Assembly (NCBI GenBank): GCA_013239625.1
Contig: MU053754.1
Coordinates: 186,001 to 250,000, forward strand
DNA from: Lama guanicoe
Taxonomy: Eukaryota
Direction: 5' to 3'
DNA: 64,000 nt
Positions 1 to 11,437 of this stretch are shown here, piece by piece; position 1 is the first letter of the stretch; each line of letters starts with the position of its first letter. The notes below the pieces were generated by a model that saw only the letters and a list, made by a program, of their open reading frames with translations, did no database searches and was not told the DNA's origin. Position numbers and translations under genes: made by a program.

Positions 1-303
1 ATTTGCATCGCCATCTGTATACCATCTCACCTTAGCCCCCAAACAGAAAACTCACGTGACCAAGGTCTCTGGACCAAGTCCCAGGAGCACCCGTGTGGAG
101 ACACGCAACCCTGGTTGCGAGGGACTGATAAGTTCCTAGAGATGTGGCTGTGTATTTGCTATTAAAGTTTCAGTGTGAGACTAGTGCCTACTGTGTATTT
201 TATGGGTTCACTGCTTCCGCAGGTATCCTGTCTTTTTTTTTCCCCCCAAAGTTCCTTTGTTAAGATCCTTTTTTTTTGTTTATTAAATCCATTAATTTCA
301 CTC

Positions 304-503
304 TTTTTTTAATTGAAGTATAAAATATTTGATTTACAGTGTGTGTTAATTTCCGGTGCACAGCCAAGTGATTCAGTTGTACATATATATTATTTTTCAT
401 ATGCTTTTCCACTATGGTTTATTACAGGATATTGAATATAGGTCCCTATGCTGTACAGTAGGACCCTGTGGTTTATCTGTTTTATAGGTAGTGGTGTGTA
501 TCT
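304..503 (-). mobile_element. 5'-truncated L1 3' end (cetartiodactyl-type)
   Basis: T-tract then aattgaagta...gatttacagtgtgtgttaatttccggtgcacagc...gatattgaatataggtccctatgctgtacagtaggacc, the antisense L1 3'UTR motif repeated many times in this window. Confidence 0.9.
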
Positions 504-789
504 TTAAGATTCTGTTAGTAAGCTGAGATAACCCAAAAGCCTTACAAAAACTCTCCTGGTTCTCAAATATTATATGCCAGGTGACCGGGGTTCATAGAAT
601 TGGTGGCCCAAAGAGTAGCCATATCCTCCTTGACCAAGTTATGAAAATGAAAGAATCTCTTAAGACCGACAGAGCCCCTGGGAGGGGTGACAATCCCAGT
701 GTCGCCCCTCCTAGGTAAGCAAGGCGATTCAACAGACGGGTATTGGATGCTGCTGTAGTTTGGTTAGCAGTGGATGAAGGCGAACGTGG

Positions 790-1400
790 CAAGCATGAGG
801 GAGTGGGTCATCATCCGTGAGGTCATGGGTACTAGTTTATGAGGGTCTGTGGAGGTCATGGTAAGGAGCTTGAATTTTATTCTAAGTCAGCTGACAATCT
901 GCTATAGAAATAAGACGCATACGTTTAATCCATATCTCTCCGGCTCATATATATTTATCTCAGATACTTCTGTTGCATTCACAGAAGTGTAGAAGAAATG
1001 AAGGCAGAAGGAATAAAGCGAGAGATGCCCAGACAAGGAGATTGCTGGGTTATGATTCACTTGGAAGACCAGCATAAAAATTCATGGCAGAATCTATCAA
1101 TTTTGGGAAATATCAAGGACAGAGAGGCTAAGGAGGCAAGATGATGGAGTGTGAGGTTTTAATCTTAACCTTGATGGAAGGAAGCAAGATAGCAAGTGAA
1201 GTTAGAAATTTCCATGTTTTTTTCCCCCCTGTCTGCAAACATTTAACCAAAGGGGTTGGGCTTAGGCAGTGGAGAATGTGGGAGAAGGGACATGCTTGGG
1301 GATGAGGAGATGAATACAGGGGGTACTGGATGTTTTGGCAAAGATGAAGAGGTGAGAGCTGAGTACGAGGAGCCCTCAAGTTGTCTGTCTCAGTGTCCAG
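790..1400 (-). mobile_element. Degenerate L2 fragments
   Basis: ggtcatggtaaggagcttgaattttattctaag and later purine-rich segments resemble antisense L2; boundaries approximate. Confidence 0.5.
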
Positions 1401-1450
1401 GTGTGGGTCGTAGAAGCACCCCAAACTTCTGCTTTGATTTGCTTACATTT

Positions 1451-1995
1451 TGTGTCTGGTTTCTGCTGCCACCGTCATATAACAGATGACCACAAATCCA
1501 GCAGCCTCAGCTGATTATCCCATAGCTCTGAAGGTCAGAAGTCCCGCTGGGCTCGGCTGGTCTCACACATCTGAAGTCAAGGTGTTAGGCGGGCTTCCCT
1601 GTGGGCCCTGGGCGAGCTTCTGCTGCTCATCTCATGCAGGTTTTATTGGTAGAATTCATGTCCATGGGAGAGCAGGGCTGAGGTCCCTGGTACCTTATGG
1701 GCTTCCTATCAGGGGTCAGTGTCTTGTGCAGGGTACCTACACTCCTCGGCTCAAGCTCCGTCATCGTCAAAGCTAGCAGTGCCATACCAAATCCTTCCTG
1801 TACTTCGAATGTCTCTGACTTCCTCTTCTATCTCTGCTTGTAAGGACTTGCGTGACTGCATTGAACCTACCTGGATACTACCTTGATCAGCTCCCTATTT
1901 TAGTTAGGGTCGACTCATTAGTAATCTTAATTATTTCTTCAGAGTCCCTGTTGCCATATTCACAGGTTCAGGGGTGAAGGCACAGAAACTTCTTG
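1451..1995 (-). mobile_element. MaLR LTR (MLT1-type)
   Basis: tgtgtctggtttctgctgcc...aacagatgaccacaaa...catagctctgaaggtcagaagtcc...ctgaagtcaaggtgtt matches recalled antisense MLT1. Confidence 0.8.
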
Positions 1996-2019
1996 GGATT
2001 CTCAGTTCTCCAGATCACA

Positions 2020-2192
2020 GATTTCAGCTCTCATGTTGCCCTCACCTAGATGCATGACTTGGGGCAAGTGTTTGCATTCTTGCTCTTAAGTGTCTTCAAA
2101 TGTGAACTGGTGGCACTGCATCGTGGTGGGTATTTGAAGGATAAAAGAAATTAATAGCTGTAAAGCAGTTACAATAATGCTTGGCACGTGGA
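2020..2192 (+). mobile_element. MIR SINE
   Basis: tgcatgacttggggcaagtg...tgtaaagcagttacaataatgcttggcacgtg, MIR core and tail. Confidence 0.7.
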
Positions 2193-2214
2193 TGGCGGTA
2201 GTTATTTAAAAAAA

Positions 2215-2796
2215 ATTCTATTGAAATATAGTTGATTTACATTGTGTTAGTTTCAGGTATACAGCAAATTATTCACCTTTATGTATGTATATATATATGT
2301 GTGTGTGTATATATATATATTCTTTTTCAGGGTTTTTTCCATCATGGGTTATTACAAGATATTGAATATAATTCCCTGTGCTATACAGTAGGTCCTTATT
2401 TTTCACCTATTTTATATTTAGTAGTGTTTATCTGCTAATCCCAAACTCCTAATTTATCCCTCCCTCTCCTTCCCCTTTGGTAACCATAGTTTGTTTTCTA
2501 TATCTGAGAGTCTATTTCTGGTTTGTAGATAAGTTCATTTGTATCCTGTTTTTTGTTTGTTTGTTTTTTTTAGATTCCACATGTAAGTGATATCATATGG
2601 TTTTTGTCTGTGTCTGACTTACTTCACTTAGTATGATAATCTCAAGGTCCATCCATGTTGCTGCAAATGGCATTATTTCATTCTTTTTTATGGCTGTGTA
2701 GTATTCCATTATACAAATATACCATAACTTCTTTATCCAGTCATCTGTTGATGGGCGTTTAGGTTGCTCCCATGTCTTGGCTATTGTAAATAGTGC
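2215..2796 (-). mobile_element. L1 3' end (3'UTR plus ORF2 terminus)
   Basis: ttgaaatatagttgatttac...tttagattccacatgtaagtgatatcatatgg...gtccatccatgttgctgcaaatggc...ttggctattgtaaatagtgc. Confidence 0.95.
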
Positions 2797-5119
2797 AAAT
2801 GTTAGTTATGTTAGAAAACATAAAAGCAGCAAGCATCAGAATCTAGAGGTGAGTTGCTAATCAGAAAAAAATGGGAATCAAATGCTGAGGTCACTTGTTG
2901 GGTGGAGGGTCAGACTAGGTCATGGAAACAAAAACAAATTCCTTTTGCAGGGGAGATGAGCTGAGTTGATTGGCAGGCAAACAAGCAAATAGGATGATTT
3001 CAGGTAAAGTTGAATGTTAATGAAAAAAGTACAAGAAAGATGCTCCAGGGGGAATTTCCTATTCAAAACCTGCTAATTTTCTGATTTTCCTCCTTGGAAA
3101 AGGCTAAACCAGGTCTGAATTGGGGGTGGGGGAGTGATGGACATACAGCCACTCCCACGTCTTTTCTTATCGACCCGCATGCTTAGGATGCAGGCTTCAG
3201 CTGGAGTGAATTTGTGAGTGTGAGAAAACCGTCTGACAGCCACGTCTTGGCCCTGCCTTTCCATGGAAACTTATTCTCTAGGCATTTCTCAGTTTACAAA
3301 GGATCAGCCATAAATCCCACCAGTGAAGGGCTTCAGAGATGTGCTGTGAACCTAGGAGGGTAGAAGGAAAGAGATGTTTTCTCCCCTACCTGCCAAAGAG
3401 ACCTTCAGAATGTGTTGTGCATTAATCCAGACTGTTCATTCACTGTGCCTGAATTTTAACAGATATTTACATAATTTAACATAATTTTATGACATTGGTG
3501 GCTTGCAGTTCCTTCTCTCCCCACTTAAAATATATCTCCTTCATTCTGTCATGGGAAGAGCTTCCTCAAGGATATATGAATTTTTTAAATTTATCTACAG
3601 AGTCATTGAATGTCCTTAGAACAAGGAGGGTGAATACACTGCCCTTTTTTTTTGGTGCAAAGTATCAACTCTGCTTGTTCAGAACCCAAAAAAGAAGACA
3701 TCGTAGGGACGTGAAGTCAGGGAAGCCCACTTCAAGATCTTTCTTAAGCTTCAGAGAGGATTTAAAGTTTTCTATACTGTAGAACTACTAAAAATAAAAT
3801 AAGAAGGCATTTTTCTTAGAATTTTTTTCCTTTCATTTCTGTGACTCCCATTAGCTAAAGTGCTGAGAAAAAGATATTGGTTCTGTGTATGGAGAAAAAT
3901 GGAGGATAATTCAGTTACATAGGAAAATTGTCAAAGTTAAGAACCTCTTGGCCAAGGTATTAAGAGTTGAGCTTCACATTGAAATACATGTGTATTAAAA
4001 TATAAACTGAAATGTAGGGTATGTATGATGTGATATTCGTATGTTACAATGTATGATGATATATTAATATATTTTTAAAATATAGAGGTTTTGAAGGTTA
4101 CAAGTTACTATAGTGCTAAATATATTATTATTGTATAACGATGCATGTATAGAACATTATATTGCTTTTTGATGTAATGTGGTTTCTGTATGGTATACTT
4201 CGCATGCGTGCGGGTGCATTGGTGGATGTATGATTTAGGTACGTACACTGTGAACAACAGCAGTGCCTTGGAAGTAATCCAGGGTCTAAAAGGGTCATCC
4301 TTAAAGCCACTTCTGTACCACTTACGTACCTGTGTAACTTTCCAAGAAATGGACGTTGAGGACATTGATTTTTGTTTGTTTCATAACTCTAGGTTTGAAT
4401 TCTGAGTTGACAGCAAAGAGGAGAGTTACTGAGATCTTCCCTGAAGATGAGCTTAGTGTTAGACCTCGTATGTCTACGTGCCACGTCTTTTTACATTTTC
4501 CACACAGAATGCATATGTACCTAGAAGAAAGTCTGAAAATTGCCAACTTCCTTCTCTCTCTGAACTGCATGCTGGCAGTCATTTTCTGGTTATTCTGTTC
4601 TGATCATTCATTTGTGGAACTCCCAGGTAGACAGCCCAGGGTCGCACCGGGCAGCCTGGGACAGTCAGGCAGTGGGGCAGCTGTTGCCTGGGGTCCTGGC
4701 ATCCCGTGGGGAGGTGTGTTGGGCCGGCAGTGACTGGTGCTCTGGGGAAGGGGCACGGGGTACCCGAGGGAGGGTCGCAGTGTTTGTGGAGGCTCAGTGT
4801 GGGGCGCGCCCTCTTGAACTGGGTGCCGGCCTCCAGCGGACGCTGTGTGTCGTTGCTGGTCGCAGCGTGGCTCCTTGGTCTTGTGGGTGGGAAGTTACAC
4901 CCTTGCAGGGCCCTCCTGGTCCCAGGAAAGAGAAAACAAGCTCTGGCTCTGTCATCCTGTACACAGCCCATTTGTCTCTCCACTTTAACTTTCATAATAA
5001 AAGGACGTAAAGTCAGTATCTGCTATTACTGCCTTTAAAAATATTCGTCCACGCCATACCACGCCCCCCGACCCCCCATCCCGTAGCCTCCTTCATTGGG
5101 TTTATTCCTAAGTATTTTA

Positions 5120-5875
5120 TTTGGGATTTCGGGATTTGCAGGTACACACTACTGTACAGAAAACAGATAAACAACAGGGTCCTCCTGTAGAGCAGAGGGA
5201 ACTATATTCAATATCTTGTAATAACCTATAATGAAAAAGAATATATATATGTATAACTGAATCACTATGCTGTGTACCAGAAATGAACTCATCATATACT
5301 CAGACAAATAAACCCAGGCCAGACTGGCCCTAAACCAAGGGAAAAAAAAAAAAAAGAATCCTCATTCCCAGCAGTAATTACCTCCCAAGTTAGCTGCAAA
5401 AGTGGTGGACGTCCAGCCTGGCTTTCCCACTTGTGCAGAAACACTAGTTCCTAGTAAAATGCACTGACCAGACAGAGTTCTACTCATTTCACTTACGTTG
5501 AAAGTCAACATGTAAGTGAATAACCTTGATGCAAGAATTACACACCTTCATGCATCTGAGTATGAACGTTAAATTCACCTTCTCGTCCAGACTAGAATGT
5601 GGGCCCGCTCTGGAGACAGCCAGAGCAGTCTCTAAGTTTTCCCTTCATGGGACATGATGCCTTGTTTTCCCGTAATACACAGAACTATTTCTTTTTCCTT
5701 CCATGTTTACATCGTTCTGAGCTGGCTGTTGTCCTCTGTTTTGTTTTTTGGTTCCTCTGAGCCAAGGAAGTCAAAACTTGCTCCATCAGAAGTTCGGTTT
5801 CTCGTGCGGTATACCAGAAATAATCACGCACGGTAAACTGACTGTACTTCAATAAAAATAAAAATAAAAAAAACT
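5120..5875 (+). mobile_element. Sense L1 3' end split in two (5120-5288 and 5805-5875) by a ~520-bp insert
   Basis: aaacaacagggtcctcctgtagagcagagggaactatattcaatatc...tgctgtgtaccagaaatga; resumes as tgcggtataccagaaataa...gtaaactgactgtacttcaataaaaataaaataaaa. Confidence 0.8.
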
Positions 5876-5899
5876 GAAACAAACACAAGATAACAAACT

Positions 5900-6165
5900 T
5901 GCCACCAGCAGTAAGCAAGCCCTAGAGATCGAATGCACCGTGTCGTGAATATAGACAAAACTGTATGAGAAGCACCAAACTTGCTGAGAAATTGCAACTT
6001 GATTATTCTAACCACTGGAAAGAAGGGATTAATTTACGGAACATAATGGAGGTGCCAGTTATTGCTACAATGGCAATCAGATAATATACAAATGCATCAA
6101 ATTAACATGTTACAGACCCTACATTTATACAACGTTAAATGTTTAAAATACTTCAGTTAAAAATA
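5900..6165 (+). mobile_element. Older L1MA-type 3'UTR
   Basis: aaacttgctgagaaattgcaacttgattattctaacc...gcatcaaattaacatgttacagaccctacatttatacaacg followed by an A-rich tail. Confidence 0.6.
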
Positions 6166-6234
6166 GGTAAATAAATAAATGAAAGCAGCAAGAAAATAAA
6201 GATACTAAAAATATATATAGTTTTTTGACCCTGT

Positions 6235-6317
6235 CCTCACTCCCTCCTCCCCCCACTCCCTCCTCCCCCCACTCCCTCCTCCCCTTTCCTTTCCCCATCC
6301 ACCTCCCCTTCCTCTTC
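6235..6317. repeat. C/T-rich low-complexity tract
   Basis: cctcctcccccact-type repeats; almost purely pyrimidine on the + strand. Confidence 0.9.
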
Positions 6318-6429
6318 ATTATTAGTATCATCCTCATGCTACGGTTTCCTATTTACTCTTTGGTTCCCCGATCTAAAGCCATCCTCTCTGGAAAACATGT
6401 GGCAAATGCGATGTATTTGCCAGGGTGAC

Positions 6430-6805
6430 TGTGTCTTCGCAAGCTGGTCCTGCCGCCTCTTGGTCTTAAAAGGCTTCATCAAAGGCATCATCCTCATGGA
6501 GGGGAGGAGAGGGAGGGAAATGTGTGGCAGTAAGGGTCCTACTTATGCAGATAAGGGTCTCTTGGGTGGTCAGAATTGCCTCTGGGAGGAGACATCTTTC
6601 TGGCTTGGAGACATCTCTGCCAATGGGAAACTGCTGTGTAAGTGTAAGTTTCCTTTACGGAGAGGAGACTTGTATGTTCGATGAGCAGGCCGGTAGGGAA
6701 GGCGGAGAGCTTTCCGTGAGTCTGCTGTTCCTGATTGCCTTTAGCTCAGAAGAACTTGCACAGCAAACAGGCATGTTTTGGGGTGGCATGTTCTAGATCC
6801 CTTCG
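6430..6805 (-). mobile_element. ERV1-class LTR fragment (MER34/MER39-like)
   Basis: Ends ggcatgttttggggtggcatgttctagatcccttc, the reverse complement of the recalled tgaaggg...agaatatgccaccccaaaa LTR start; left boundary uncertain. Confidence 0.65.
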
Positions 6806-7441
6806 ACTCAAGCTATGGGGGTTTGTCTGTAGGAGAACTTAGGAGTTGCCTGATGGGAAATACAGCATTAGCTGAGAATCCGATGTGCCTCCTTCAATGT
6901 TGCCTCAAACACGTGTTGGTGGAGCCCCTGCTGTGAGAACACAGCTGCCTAGGCGGGAGGGATTGTCCAGCATTACAAACCCTTCCCCCCCTCCCCAGCG
7001 CTGACGTCACCATGTGTGTCCGGGGTAGTGGTCTTATTCACGGAGGTACCGATTTTCATCACAAAGGGCTACACTTTTTGTGTATCTGCCCTGCCCTGCG
7101 GTGGGTAACGATGCTCGCACAACACCTTTGCTTTCAAGCTCTCGTCTCTTTTCTTGGGAGCCTGGTCCTGCTTGAGAGTCTGTCTTGAATCTTCATGCTC
7201 CCCTCAGCTGTCTTTTTCCCTCTGCGGTTTTCTTAGCTGCAGATTTCTCTAGCTCCCTGGGATTAGTAAATACCTTAAAAGATAGTGCGTATAAAAGAGA
7301 AATGCAGCCTCTTTGTTTGAAAATGGGATGAACAGCGTCTGCTCGCAACTACCTCAGATGTAGCTATCAAAGCACACCACATTGTAATTTATTATGTTTA
7401 GATCGGAGGAGCCTTTGCGGGTGGCCAGGGACAGATGCCTC

Positions 7442-8036
7442 TGTCAAGCCAGCTTAATCAGAAAAGGAAATATCATTTTCCCTCTACCCTTCTGAGTGTA
7501 TTCTCAGCTGAGTCCCGTTGTCATGAAAGACAGCAAATAGTTCATTAACATGACTACCTCACGTGTACGTGGGAGATAACCAGTAAAAATGAGTAATTCA
7601 CTGATAAACACTAAGCCACCAGCTTAAATACTGTCTTCAACTAAAGGTAAAGAAGGAGAAATGTGTGTGTATGTGTGTGTGTGTGTCTGTGTGTGTGTGT
7701 CTGTGTGTGTCTGTGTGTGTGGTGGGGCAGGTATGGCGGGGTTACTGTGGAAACTACAGTAAACAAAGACAAGGTTCATTACGCAGATTTGACTTGGTGC
7801 CTTTTTCCCTGATAAGATTTCTTTGTGATGTAGGGATGTCCTCCTCCTGGCACAGAGAGGGAGACAGCCTGACAAAAGGAGATTTCCTTTATAAACTGTA
7901 AGCTTCCCTTTCAAAAGGGTAACTTCTTCTGTCCTCAGGGCTTCTCCCCTGTCTGCTGTTTCTCAAAATAACGAGCTCAAAAAAATCCAAATGCCAGATA
8001 AGAATATTTGGGGTGCACACAGTCTGGTACTTTACA
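7442..8036 (-). mobile_element. ERV1-class solo LTR (MER34-like) with an internal TG microsatellite
   Basis: tg...ca termini; cttctgagt, tacctcacgtgtacgtgggagata and aatatttggggtg motifs shared with the LTR at 25140. Confidence 0.7.
7662..7721. repeat. Imperfect (TG)n microsatellite
   Basis: Direct reading. Confidence 0.95.
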
Positions 8037-9022
8037 TCACTCTGCTTCTATACACAGAACTTCTCCGAAGGACGCGTACTAGACCTGCCGAGGTGCTGGA
8101 CCCCCTGTGGGACAGGTGAACGTGTCACAGGAATGAGCCATTGTGATTAGCCAGGGCCAGCTCTCAGGAGCGTCCTTTTGGATGGGAGACAGGTGGACAC
8201 CGGTAGCTGAGAGTCCTAACAGGGCTTGTGGACAGTGATGGGAAGTACGTGGGGACGTACACCTGCCGGTCCCACCGGAGCCGTTTAGATTAGAGGCAGG
8301 GCCATTGTTCTGCTGGAAGAGCATGCCACGTGCCCCTTCCTGTCCCCGCACCCAGAGCCAGTGCGTCATTGCAGTTCAGAGCCCTGGGCTCTGCAGGCAG
8401 AAAGCCGTCCTCTGTCGAGCACCTGTTCCAACTAATTCCACCTCCAACAGCCACAGTTTGCCCACATCAAGACATACCTCCAACACGCTCTGTCTCATTG
8501 TGCTTCCGTGAGGGCTGAGAGACAGGAATTGTAGGGTGACCAGGAGAAGGTCTGTTCATGTAATAGGAACTCATCGGTCAACGCACTGTTGATTACAGGA
8601 GAACCTTGAGGCGTGCACTAGCCATGATGATTGCTCTTGAGAAGCATCTGCTCGCCCAGATACTCACTCCAAGTTCTGAAGGGTTTTCAGTGGCTCGTGG
8701 GGATCTGGAGGTCACAGAAGCCAGCTGTCCTAGCACAGGTGAAGGCGGAGGAAGAAGTTGAGCCACCTGCTTCTCCTGGCATGGTCCAGTGGGCTCACCC
8801 CGAGCCCCCTTCTCATGTTTCGCATTCTTGATTCAGCGTCTCCTGCCACGCTGGTGAGCGGTCTTAAAACAGGATTTGGTACCTGTAGTCCCAAAAGTTC
8901 ATTGCCCTTGAACGTGCTTGTTTGTGATTTCAAGGAAATTTTTCATGGCCGTCATAGACCAGGGTGCTAGCCACATGATTTTGCCATCTTATACTGTTAC
9001 CCAAACCATTGGCATGCTTCTT

Positions 9023-9632
9023 TCTTTTTTTTTTTATTGAAATACACTCAGAATGTGTCAGTTTGTGGTGTACAATATAATGTTTCAGTCATACATATAC
9101 ATACATATACTCATTTTCATAGTAGGTCACTGCAAGATATTGAATATAGTTCCCTGTGCCCGACAGAAAAATTTGTTTTTAATCTATTTTTATACACAGT
9201 AGTATAGTATATTTGCAAATCTCGAACTCCCAATTCATCACTTCCCACCCCCTTTCCCCCCTGGGAATCACAGGATTATTTTTACTATGTCTGTGAGTCT
9301 GTTTCTGTTTTGTGGATTAGTTCATTAGTGTCTTCGTTTTTTTCCTTTTTTAGATTCCGCATATGAGTGATATCATACGGTACTTTTCTTTCTCCTTCTG
9401 GCTTACTCCACTTACAATGATGCTCTCCAGATACATCCATGTTGCTGCAAATGGCATTATTTTATTCTTTTTATGGCTGAGTAATATCCCACTTGTCTAT
9501 ATATACCACATCTTTAGTCATCTATTGATGGACATTTAGGCTGTTTCCACGTGTTGGCTATTGTAAATTGTGCTGCTATGAACATTGGGGTGCAGGTGTC
9601 TTATCGAATTGGAGTTTCCTCTGGATATATGC
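9023..9632 (-). mobile_element. L1 3' end with TSD
   Basis: Antisense L1 3'UTR/ORF2 end; flanks tggcatgcttctt (9010-9022) and tggcgtgtttctt (9633-9645). Confidence 0.95.
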
Positions 9633-9849
9633 TGGCGTGTTTCTTACTAGCCTTTGCCATCTTGAAGTGGCATTAAACCTGTAGGCCTGTGATGAAGAAA
9701 CCCCATCCTGGGTTCGCCATTTCCCTCACGCTGGAATAGTTCATTTCCTCACTGCAGAACGTGCACTGTGAACTCTGACAACTGTGTGGAGGCTGTCTGG
9801 AGCCTCAGAGGCAGTCATTTGCTTTCCTTCTTTTATCTGGGTAAAGGTT

Positions 9850-11240
9850 TTTTTTGTTGTTGTTAATTTGTTTTTTGTTTTGGGTTTTTTTTTTTTGTAG
9901 GAGAACACACAGAAAAGTGCACCATATGTGTCCAGATTGATGAATTTTCACCAAATGAACAGACTTGGCTCATGACCACCAAGATAAGAAGGTAGAACGT
10001 GACTGTCTTCCTGGAAGCTCCATTGACAGCCACTCTGAACCATGGTATCTGCCCCCCAACACGACCACCAAAGGTAACACCTTGCTGACTTCTGTCACAA
10101 TGGATCAGCTCTGCCTGTTGTGTGACTTTGTGGAAGTGGTCTTGGAGAGTAGCAACTCTTTGTGTGTCTGTCCGTGTGTGTGTGTGTGTGCCTGGCTGCA
10201 CTCACTCGACTTGGTGTTTATATAGGATTTCCATCCACGGTGTGTCTGGCTGTCAGTCATCCTTCTGCCCTGTGTTGTTGGATATCCGTTGCACTGTTCT
10301 TTGAATGTTTTATCTCTCCCTGCACTGAAATTGTTTTGCTGGAACACATCCCAAAGGATATGCTTTTATGAGGAGAAGTATATGTGCAGTAAACATGATG
10401 AGAACCTTGATTGCTGGGGGAAAGTTCTGATAGTGTTTAATAGTTTGGATATAAAACCGTGGTGCAGACACATTTCCCTTCAAAACTTTGAAGTCGTAGT
10501 CTGTGTTCACGTCCCCAAGGATGTGATGAGATGTGTTTTTAAGAAACAATATCTCCTTCTCTTTCTCTAAGCTTTTGGACTTTGGACTTTTCATCCTTCT
10601 CATTCTGGTCACTCACTCGTCAGAATGTGTTGGTGTGGCTGTTTTTTGTTTTGTTTTGTTTTGTTTTTTAAGCTGCTTTGTTCCCATTCAACCCCAAGTC
10701 ACGATCATCGCTTTCCAAATGGTGGACTTGTTCTCTGATTTAATTTATCGTCGCTCCCCCTAGTTTCTCAATTCCCTCCTCGGGAAATCCTATGAGCTTC
10801 TTAACGCTCCTTCCTTGATCTCGCCTCTGCGCCCCTTCAGTTTACTTTCTATTTCTTTGTAATTTTTGCTGTATGTTCTGGAATATTTACTCAGTTTTAT
10901 CCTGCGGATCATAAATTTGTTCTTTGGGCACGTTCATTCTGTAATGCGACTTTCTATGAACTATCTAGTAACTATCATTCATGTTCCATTTTTTAAAATA
11001 ACATGTCACTTTTCTACAAACATCCTTTGGAATCCCCCTGAAGGTACGAATCAGGCTCCTAGAGGACTTCCTTTATTTCTTCTGTTACTCCTGTTTTGTA
11101 TATTTTCACATTGTTCCTTACTGTCTTGATCATGACTTAGGCGTATTTTTATTCTGCTCATTCATTTGTTTTTCTACCAGCTGGTCTTTTTTGTTTAACT
11201 GTGTATATTACTGAATAAGAGACTGAGTTCGTGGTAGGGC
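9850..11240 (-). mobile_element. Old L1M fragments (3'UTR, then ORF1/HAL1-like sequence)
   Basis: acagaaaagtgcacc...gatgaattttcaccaaatgaac...accaccaagataagaa...aaggtaacac; T-rich degenerate L1-like sequence further right. Confidence 0.6.
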
Positions 11241-11276
11241 TACAGTGACTGCTTTCCCACTGTGTGGCTCTGTTTC

Positions 11277-11437
11277 GTTTTTTTTTTTTAAGTACAGTCA
11301 GTTACAATGTGTCAATTTCTGGTGTGCAACACAATGTCCCAGTCATGCGTATACATACATACTCTTTTTTATTAAAAGTTATTACAAGGTACTGAACATA
11401 GTTGCTTGTGCTATACAGAAGAAATTTTATTTTTGTA
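11277..11437 (-). mobile_element. Short L1 tail insertion with TSD
   Basis: aagtacagtcagttacaatgtgtcaatttctggtgt; flanks tggctctgtttc / tagctgtgtttc. Confidence 0.85.

Noticed and set aside
5085..5125. Possible L1 5' inversion (tttattcctaagtattttat next to a sense L1 tail)
   Set aside because: Only ~35 bp of antisense similarity and no clear TSD
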